A stretch of 64,000 bases of DNA from Acidimicrobiaceae bacterium. GTDB taxonomy: Bacteria > Actinomycetota > Acidimicrobiia > Acidimicrobiales > Aldehydirespiratoraceae. A program made the position numbers and the translations under genes. The DNA lies in the NCBI GenBank assembly GCA_009837445.1, contig VXTM01000004.1:4642-68641 (forward strand), written 5' to 3'. This document shows, one piece after another, positions 1 to 6,330 of the stretch (the first letter of the stretch is position 1; each line of letters starts with the position of its first letter). The notes under the pieces were generated by a model, which was given only the letters and a program-made list of their open reading frames with translations, was not told the DNA's origin and did not search any database.

Positions 1-581
1 TGGTCCCGACGGGGGGTCTGAGCCAAACCCACTTTCGTCGCGCATTCTTGGGGCAATGGGCAGGACCGGACTCACCTGAGCTGCGCTTCAAATCGGCCTA
101 CAACCGGTTCAACCGCACGTGGCGAGAGCGATTCGGCTGGGCGCTGTTCAAGGAGCCAGAGCCTGATGATGTCCACGTCCTGCAGCGCCTTCGCATCCCG
201 CTGAACGACAGCCAACCAGAGTTCGAGGACCAAGTGATGGGTTCGGCAAAGGTCATGGTTGACGCCCTGAACGAGGTGGCCATCCAGGAGCAGCTCCCCA
301 CCAGGGTCAAAGGCGAGAAGGGCATCGGGAAGCTGGAGAGATGGATGGACCAGGAGGAGTATCCATCGGCTGAGCGTGACATCGCGTTCCTGCGACGGCT
401 TCAGCGACTCCGCAGCAAACTCACGGCGCACCGCAAAGGATCGGACTACGCCCAGGTGCTAAGGGACGAGAACGTTAATCCCGACCGCATCCAAGAAGTC
501 GCCACCATGCTCCAAGACGCCGAACGCCTCCTGTACAGCCTCGCCGCCCACGCCGGGATCGACCTAGACAGCTACTACTAA
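1..581 (+). CDS. hypothetical protein, 3' part of a gene running off the left edge; possible HEPN-like domain
   Basis: The frame of ORF 48..581 stays open back to nt 3, so the TTG at 48 is probably not the true start. The sequence looks helical and has an Rx4-6H-type motif, RSKLTAH (nt 411-431). The region is visibly lower in GC than the rest of the window. Confidence 0.45.
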   Translation, partial: VPTGGLSQTHFRRAFLGQWAGPDSPELRFKSAYNRFNRTWRERFGWALFKEPEPDDVHVLQRLRIPLNDSQPEFEDQVMGSAKVMVDALNEVAIQEQLPTRVKGEKGIGKLERWMDQEEYPSAERDIAFLRRLQRLRSKLTAHRKGSDYAQVLRDENVNPDRIQEVATMLQDAERLLYSLAAHAGIDLDSYY

Positions 582-669
582 AGGCCGACCCTGCCTCCTC
601 GACAGCCTCGGACATCGCCCCGAGGCCTGCTAGAGGTTGAACTGTCCGCCACCCGAAGGGAGCCACACG

Positions 670-1227
670 ATGCACGACGGCCAAGCTTCAACAGACGGTG
701 CCGAGGTGTGGGGTCAGATTCTCTTTGAAGCCCGCGAACTCCGAAACAAACAGGATGCTCGCCTCGCCACGGCCCAGCGCCAGTCACAGCTACTCGTAGC
801 CGGGTTCCTCGCGATAACCGCTCTAGTCCTCACCGCCATCTCCGTCTACGTTGCCTCTCAACCCGAAGCCGGCATCGAATCCCGCTTGACCGAGTGGCTC
901 TCGTCTACCGACTACGCGATCTTCCTCGTAACCTCCGTATTCGGACTAGTCGCGTTGTTCAACGGCTACGTGTGGGTCATCACCAACGTTTCGGCCCGAC
1001 GCCGAACGGAGACCCTAGACATCAATAAGCTCATGGACTTCTACAGCAGTTCGACTGCCCTCCCACATCTGCGACGGCACCTCGCGCGGACCCTCATAGC
1101 CCAGCACGACAAGAACGAACGCCCCGTGAAGAAGGCCCAGTCTCTCGTCCTGTTCCAAGCGATGACGACTTTCACCTTCTTCTATGCGCTGTTTGCCGCC
1201 GTCCTCATATTTGGAAGGCCCACGTGA
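670..1227 (+). CDS. hypothetical small membrane protein (about 3 TM helices)
   Basis: Lies in ORF 637..1227. The ATG at 670 has GAAGGGAG 7 nt upstream. Hydrophobic segments are LLVAGFLAITALVLTAISVYVA, YAIFLVTSVFGLVALFNGYVWVI and LFQAMTTFTFFYALFAAVLIFG. No family recognised. Confidence 0.55.
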   Translation: MHDGQASTDGAEVWGQILFEARELRNKQDARLATAQRQSQLLVAGFLAITALVLTAISVYVASQPEAGIESRLTEWLSSTDYAIFLVTSVFGLVALFNGYVWVITNVSARRRTETLDINKLMDFYSSSTALPHLRRHLARTLIAQHDKNERPVKKAQSLVLFQAMTTFTFFYALFAAVLIFGRPT

Positions 1228-1523
1228 CCACCAATCTCTCTCGCCCGAACCGGCCCCAGGACCCAAGCAGCACACGACGACACAAATAGCCGCCAGCGCT
1301 GGACCGCTGTCCACGCGCACCACATACTGGCCACGCGACACGGACACGCTGCTCTCACCGGCCGTCCATCAGGGCACACCGTGCAGGGCCACCACACAGA
1401 ATCGTATGCCGTCAACCATCGCGACCTAGGTGCCGTAATCCCGGTGCCCCTCGCCGCAGTCGCCACACGACCCGATCCGGGAGTGGCCGCTGGCGCGAAG
1501 CCCGCTGGACACCCAACACCTCG

Positions 1524-1541
1524 GCGAGAGTCGACTCTCGC
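1524..1541. other. 18-bp perfect palindrome GCGAGAGTCGACTCTCGC
   Basis: Read directly from the sequence. It sits in the coding-poor gap, 35 nt downstream of the stop of the doubtful minus-strand ORF. Confidence 0.6.
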
Positions 1542-1575
1542 GCCGCTGTGACCTTCGGGTTCTGGCAAACCGCCG

Positions 1576-2064
1576 CTAGAGACGGGTGTCGAGCGGCGGC
1601 ACCAGCAGCAGCGTGTCGGATGGGAGGTCCGCGGCTGCGTAGAGGGCATCAAGTACGGGTTGTAGATGCGGCTCCGGCGAGGAGAGGCCGTAGTACGCCG
1701 CCCGCCTGATGAGGCAGTGTTCCATCAGCCAGCAAGTGGCAAGTAGTGGCGTTACCCACCAACTGAGCTTCACGTTTAGGAAGCTCGTGGTAGAGCCGCT
1801 GTTGATGAGGCGCTTGGTTGAGTCCGCGCCAGGGTGGACGTCACAAGCACCCGGCTCGTTGGCTCCTTGATTGAGAGGCTTGACGGCGCATACTGCCCAC
1901 CCGGGCGAGTCGCCGAGTGGCGCGTGAGCCCGGCGTACGCAGACGCTGTGGGTACAGTGCGCTCCGTCTGGAGCACCCGACCCAGACCAGCCTCGCAGGA
2001 CGAGGGGGCCTAGCCGATGACTCTCGAGCCCGAGATTGAACGCCACGAGCCGACCCGGATTCAC
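1576..2064 (-). CDS. doubtful ORF (Cys/Trp/His-rich); possibly only the C-terminal part is real, or a gene remnant
   Basis: It is the only ORF of 60 aa or more in the 1228-2016 gap that does not look like pure antisense junk. It has a GTG start and overlaps the GIY-YIG start by 48 nt. An 18-bp palindrome lies 35 nt past its stop. No family recognised. Confidence 0.2.
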   Translation of the reverse strand: MNPGRLVAFNLGLESHRLGPLVLRGWSGSGAPDGAHCTHSVCVRRAHAPLGDSPGWAVCAVKPLNQGANEPGACDVHPGADSTKRLINSGSTTSFLNVKLSWWVTPLLATCWLMEHCLIRRAAYYGLSSPEPHLQPVLDALYAAADLPSDTLLLVPPLDTRL

Positions 2065-2595
2065 CTTCTATGGAGGGGTCCGCACACTTTTGGGGATGTC
2101 TTGGAAATGGTTGGCAAGACGGACTTCGGGATCTATCAGGTCTACGGTCCCCATCCAGCCAGCGGGACGGACTCCCTTCTCTACATCGGGCAGGCGAACG
2201 ATCAGACCTTCGGTGAAAGGTTCACAAACCACGACCGCCGGGAGTGGAGCCCCGACCCTTGGGGTGACAACACTATGCTGCTGCGGTTCTTCACGGGGCG
2301 GGTCCACTTGACGCAGCATGAGCAGGACCGGGGCGCCATCGATGACGAGTTGTGGGGAACGTATATCGACATGGCCGAGAGGCTCCTGATCTGCGTACAC
2401 GCCCCCCATTGGAACGCACAGGGCGTGCAGGGGATCAACCAAGAACAGACCGGTGACTTCGATGACTGCCACGTGCTCAATTGGGGAACCCGCGGATCGC
2501 TGTTGCCGGAGGTCTCCGGCGCTCGCCATGCTTGGAAGGAGTTCGAGCGAATCTGCGACGACCCACTTGAATGGACGACAAGTCAAGCCAACTGA
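2017..2595 (+). CDS. GIY-YIG nuclease-domain protein
   Basis: Motifs occur in canonical order: FGIYQVYG, then LLYIGQAN, then GERFTNH (Arg/His), then AERLLICVHAPHWN (Glu...Asn). The SD GAGGGGG precedes the ATG. A roughly 50-aa C-terminal extension is of unknown type. Confidence 0.7.
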   Translation: MTLEPEIERHEPTRIHLLWRGPHTFGDVLEMVGKTDFGIYQVYGPHPASGTDSLLYIGQANDQTFGERFTNHDRREWSPDPWGDNTMLLRFFTGRVHLTQHEQDRGAIDDELWGTYIDMAERLLICVHAPHWNAQGVQGINQEQTGDFDDCHVLNWGTRGSLLPEVSGARHAWKEFERICDDPLEWTTSQAN

Positions 2596-2608
2596 GGGTG
2601 GCGCCATA

Positions 2609-2785
2609 GTGACAACTGAACACGAGGCCGTCATCAAGATCTGTTGTTTGCGCGTGACGATGGGGAGCGCTGCCTACAAGGAGGCCGTCGTGGATGCGGT
2701 CGGGTCCGAGGTGTCACTCCGTAGGGTTGCCCGCGTGAGCGGCCTACACCGCGACACCATTACCCAACTGAGTCGATCCAGCTAG
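2609..2785 (+). CDS. small helix-turn-helix protein (about 58 aa)
   Basis: The GTG at 2609 is in frame with ORF 2453..2785 and is preceded by GAGGGTGG. It has an HTH-like segment, SLRRVARVSGLHRDTITQL. It is wedged between the GIY-YIG and protease genes with gaps of 13 nt on each side. Confidence 0.4.
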   Translation: MTTEHEAVIKICCLRVTMGSAAYKEAVVDAVGSEVSLRRVARVSGLHRDTITQLSRSS

Positions 2786-2798
2786 AGGGCTGCTCGTA

Positions 2799-4100
2799 GT
2801 GGTGAAGCGAGTCGTCCTAGGTGCACTATTCGTGGTTGCTGGGGGTGCCATCGGTGTCCTCGGCACAGAAGTCTGGGAGCGCTGGCGGGCCGACGAGGAC
2901 ACAGAGGACGCGACCCCGGTTGTCACCACACAGCCCACCACCGTTCCCTCAACCACCACTGCCCTACGGACAACCGCGGCAACCACGACAACTGTGACAC
3001 CTACGACAACTACGGCTGCGACCACGACAACGACCGTGCCCGCAAGCACAACGACCGTGGCTGGGTGCGACTTCGGGGACCACATGGAGCAAGTCACCAA
3101 CGGGGTGTGGCAGGTCAAGGCCGGCGATGGACGAGGCACCGCGTTCTATATCGGGGGCAGTGAGTGGCTGACCGCGGCCCATGTCGTTGGTGACGCCGAC
3201 ACCGTGACCCTCTACAACGGGACCGAAGCCGTGTCGGCAACGGTGGTGGGCAACGACACCCGTGTTGACTTGGCGCTACTACGTACCCGCGTTGGGGTTG
3301 GGGGCGCTCCGCTCGAGTTCACCACAAGCATCGAGCCACGAGCGGGTCAACCCGCCACCGTGGTGGGGTTCCCGCTGTACGACGCGGTGTCGGCCTCAGT
3401 CACCCGCGGGGTCGTGTCCCGCCTAGAGCACCCCCTGACGGGCACGGTGGTGGTAACCGACGCGGCGACCAACCCCGGCAACAGCGGTGGACCTCTTGTG
3501 GACGACTGCGGTCGTGTGCTGGGGGTGGTTGTCCGTAAGTACGTTGACGTAACCGTCGAGGGTTTGGGCTACGCGCTGGTTGCTTCCGAAGTCACCGAAC
3601 GGCTACCGGAGCTACGGCAGGGCCAACGGTCATCGACTTCGGCCACACTTGAACCCTGGTGGACCTTCCACACCAGGGCGCATGACCCCGCGGACCCCGA
3701 CCGAGAGTACTTCGCGCTCGCAATCACCCCAGCAACCAGATACAGCGGTCATCTAGGTGAGCCGCTCTATATCTCGCTTCGGTGTGATGGGTGGAGGCTG
3801 TCAGGGTTCTGGAGAATCACCGAGACCCCGGTGGTGACCGAGCACTGGTTCGACTTCCAGCGCCCAAGCGAGGCACATGAGGCGGTGTGGTCGCAAGTCA
3901 GCTTCAACCCGTACATGCTGGAGATGGCCCCATCGGAGGATGACCGGTTCACTGAGTCACTCCGTCAACACCCGTCAGCCTTGCAGTTCAGCCTTCAAGC
4001 CGAGTACGGAAACGGCAGGGTCATCGCCACGGCCACCTTCCCGCTTCGCAACTACCCCACGGCAAAGGAGTCCCTTGACCGACACTGCGCCACACAGTGA
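2799..4100 (+). CDS. membrane-anchored trypsin-like (S1/HtrA-type) serine protease with Thr-rich linker and an unassigned roughly 170-aa C-terminal domain
   Basis: N-terminal TM segment VVLGALFVVAGGAIGVLG. Catalytic triad contexts are LTAAHVV (His), DLALLR (Asp) and GNSGGPL (Ser). The C-terminal region after residue about 265 matches nothing I recognise. Confidence 0.85.
   Translation: MVKRVVLGALFVVAGGAIGVLGTEVWERWRADEDTEDATPVVTTQPTTVPSTTTALRTTAATTTTVTPTTTTAATTTTTVPASTTTVAGCDFGDHMEQVTNGVWQVKAGDGRGTAFYIGGSEWLTAAHVVGDADTVTLYNGTEAVSATVVGNDTRVDLALLRTRVGVGGAPLEFTTSIEPRAGQPATVVGFPLYDAVSASVTRGVVSRLEHPLTGTVVVTDAATNPGNSGGPLVDDCGRVLGVVVRKYVDVTVEGLGYALVASEVTERLPELRQGQRSSTSATLEPWWTFHTRAHDPADPDREYFALAITPATRYSGHLGEPLYISLRCDGWRLSGFWRITETPVVTEHWFDFQRPSEAHEAVWSQVSFNPYMLEMAPSEDDRFTESLRQHPSALQFSLQAEYGNGRVIATATFPLRNYPTAKESLDRHCATQ
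2921..3060 (+). repeat. Thr-rich low-complexity coding repeat (ACN-rich) forming the protease linker
   Basis: Translates to TTQPTTVPSTTTALRTTAATTTTVTPTTTTAATTTTTVPASTTTV. Confidence 0.8.
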
Positions 4101-4141
4101 GCGATCGCCCGCCGGGGCGGCGCACTGGCTCGGGATGATTC

Positions 4142-4167
4142 CTGACTAATCCGGTCGGAATAGTCAG
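4142..4167. promoter_or_regulatory. inverted repeat CTGACTA-N12-TAGTCAG upstream of the peroxiredoxin gene (candidate operator)
   Basis: Perfect 7-bp arms at 4142-4148 and 4161-4167, 49 nt upstream of the ATG at 4216, in an AT-richer spacer. Confidence 0.35.
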
Positions 4168-4215
4168 CATGGATGGCTAGCCTGTGGACAGTCCGCCAAT
4201 ATCGGAGGTAACCAC

Positions 4216-4878
4216 ATGGGCCTACGCATCAACGACACCGCTCCGGACTTCAACGCCGACACCACCGAGGGAGAGATCAACTTCCATGAGTGGATCGGCG
4301 ACGGATGGGCGCTGCTGTTCTCGCACCCGAAGGACTTCACCCCGGTCTGCACCACCGAGCTGGGCGCGGTTGCCGGTCTCAAGTCGGAGTTCGCCGCCCG
4401 CAACTGCAAGATCATCGGCATCAGCGTCGACGGCGTGAGCGACCATCACGGCTGGTCCGCCGACATCGAGACCGCCACCGGCAACGCCCTCAACTACCCG
4501 CTGATCGGCGACCCCGGGCTCAACGTGGTGAAGCTCTACGACATGCTCCCGGCCGACGCCGGCGACACGTCCGAGGGCCGCACCGCGGCCGACAACGCCA
4601 CCGCCCGCTCGGTGTTCATCATCGGCCCCGACAAGAAGATCAAGGCCTCCCTCACCTACCCGATGACCACCGGCCGAAACTTCGCCGAGATCCTGCGCCT
4701 GCTCGACTCGGTCCAGCTCACCGCCCACGAGCAGGTGGCCACCCCGGCCAACTGGAACCAGGGCGAGGACGTGATCATCGTCCCAGCCGTCTCCAACGAG
4801 GTCGCGGCCGAGAAGTACCCGGACGGCTGGAAGGCGCCGCTCCCCTACCTGCGGATCGTCCCGCAGCCCGGCACCTAA
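4216..4878 (+). CDS. 1-Cys peroxiredoxin (Prx6-type)
   Basis: FSHPKDFTPVCTTELG active-site context, 220 aa, SD GGAGG 7 nt upstream of the ATG. Confidence 0.95.
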   Translation: MGLRINDTAPDFNADTTEGEINFHEWIGDGWALLFSHPKDFTPVCTTELGAVAGLKSEFAARNCKIIGISVDGVSDHHGWSADIETATGNALNYPLIGDPGLNVVKLYDMLPADAGDTSEGRTAADNATARSVFIIGPDKKIKASLTYPMTTGRNFAEILRLLDSVQLTAHEQVATPANWNQGEDVIIVPAVSNEVAAEKYPDGWKAPLPYLRIVPQPGT

Positions 4879-5005
4879 TCGCCCGCGGCACCCTGGGCGC
4901 CGTCACCACCTCCAACCCGAGTCCCGGTTGGCCGACGCCCCAGCGCATCACCACTCCTGGCAAGAATCCACCGCACAGGTGGAAAATCGCAGGTAGATCC
5001 GCGGC

Positions 5006-5027
5006 GGAGCGCCTGCACCGGCGCTCC
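5006..5027 (+). terminator. GC-rich hairpin GGAGCGCC-N6-GGCGCTCC after the peroxiredoxin gene (no U-tract)
   Basis: 8-bp perfect stem read from the sequence. It lies between the peroxiredoxin stop (4878) and the next start (5044). Confidence 0.3.
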
Positions 5028-5043
5028 CCTACGCTGCCGGGCG

Positions 5044-6216
5044 ATGACGCCGACCGTCGCTAAGATCAAGGCTGCGTCGCTGCGGCACCCCGAGGCGCTC
5101 GGGCGGCCGCCGGTCAGCCAGGCGTCCTGGGATCCGTGGGGCCTGATGCACCCCCTGTCCTACGACCGGGCTTTCGCGGGGCAGGCCAAGCGCTTCACGC
5201 CCCCCTGGGGAGAAGTCGTGTGCGTGGCCACCGCCTCCGACGGCACCTACGGCGTGGGCATGACAAGCCAGGCCGGCCCGGTCGTCCCCATCATCAACGA
5301 CTTCCTGGCGCCAATGCTCGCCGGCGAGCCCGCCCTGGCCACCGAGAAGCTGTGGAACATGATGATGCGCAGCGCCAACAGCGCCTTCGGCGCCGCTGGC
5401 ATCGCCTCGTTCGCGGTCAGCGCCGTGGACCTGGCCCTGTGGGACCTGAAGGGCAAGATCCTGGGCGTCCCGAACTACGAGCTCTTCGGCGGCCCCGCCC
5501 GCAACCGCACCCGCTGCTACGCCACCGGCAACGACCTCGACGACCCGCGCGACCGGGGCTTCGAGGCGTTCAAGCTGGCCTGCACGGTGGGACCGGCTGC
5601 GGCCACCGCCGGGATCGAGCAGATCGAGCTACAGGTGTCCGAGGCGCGCTCGGAGCTGGGACCCGACACCGACATCATGCTCGACTGCTGGGCTGTGCAC
5701 GACGCGTCGTACACGGTGCGGCTGGGCGAGGCGCTGCGGCCCTACCGCCTGACGTGGATAGAGGACTACGCCCAGCCCGACGACTGGCCCGGCTACGCCG
5801 AGGTCCGCCGCCGCCTGCCTCACCAGATGCTGGCCACCGGCGAGCGCTGGTACACCGACCGCGTCTTCGCCCACGCCGCCGAGCAGCGCCTCGTCGATGT
5901 GATGCAGCCCGACGTGCAGTGGGTGGGCGGCGCCACCGCGGTGCTCAAGATCGCAGCCATCGCGGCCGCGGCCGGCGTCGAGTTGGCCGTGCACGGCGGC
6001 TGCAATGACTCCTACGGCCAGCACCTCTGCCACGGGCTGCCCGGCAACCGCTGGGCGGAGATGTTCTTGGGCTGCGGGCCCGGCGAATCGCTGATGGGCG
6101 CCTGGCGCTCCACCCCCGGCATGGCCCTGCCCACCGACGGCTGGCTGGTGCCCAGCGACGCCCCCGGCTTCGGCATAGACCTCACCCGCGACCAACTCGA
6201 CGCCGCCGTCGCCTGA
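5044..6216 (+). CDS. enolase-superfamily enzyme (mandelate racemase/muconate lactonizing family; acid-sugar dehydratase-like)
   Basis: 390 aa. Contains AVSAVDLALWDLKGKILGVPNYELFGG, typical of MR/MLE N-terminal domains, and a barrel region with DCW...IEDY...ATGE motifs. Confidence 0.85.
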   Translation: MTPTVAKIKAASLRHPEALGRPPVSQASWDPWGLMHPLSYDRAFAGQAKRFTPPWGEVVCVATASDGTYGVGMTSQAGPVVPIINDFLAPMLAGEPALATEKLWNMMMRSANSAFGAAGIASFAVSAVDLALWDLKGKILGVPNYELFGGPARNRTRCYATGNDLDDPRDRGFEAFKLACTVGPAAATAGIEQIELQVSEARSELGPDTDIMLDCWAVHDASYTVRLGEALRPYRLTWIEDYAQPDDWPGYAEVRRRLPHQMLATGERWYTDRVFAHAAEQRLVDVMQPDVQWVGGATAVLKIAAIAAAAGVELAVHGGCNDSYGQHLCHGLPGNRWAEMFLGCGPGESLMGAWRSTPGMALPTDGWLVPSDAPGFGIDLTRDQLDAAVA

Positions 6217-6330
6217 GCGCGGCGTCCCGACCCGCGACAGTCCCTAAACCGCCCCAGCCCGCGAACTGGCAGCACAATGCACGCATAGCGAGCAAAACGC
6301 TGCCAATTCCCGCGCCGCGGACGGGCGGGG

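Noticed and set aside
1182-1652. 156-aa minus-strand ORF and the 81-aa + ORF (1184..1429) in the coding-poor gap.
   Set aside because: Their composition is Arg/Pro/Cys/Trp-rich with no SD and no motifs, and they partly overlap the membrane-protein gene antisense. They were treated as non-coding.
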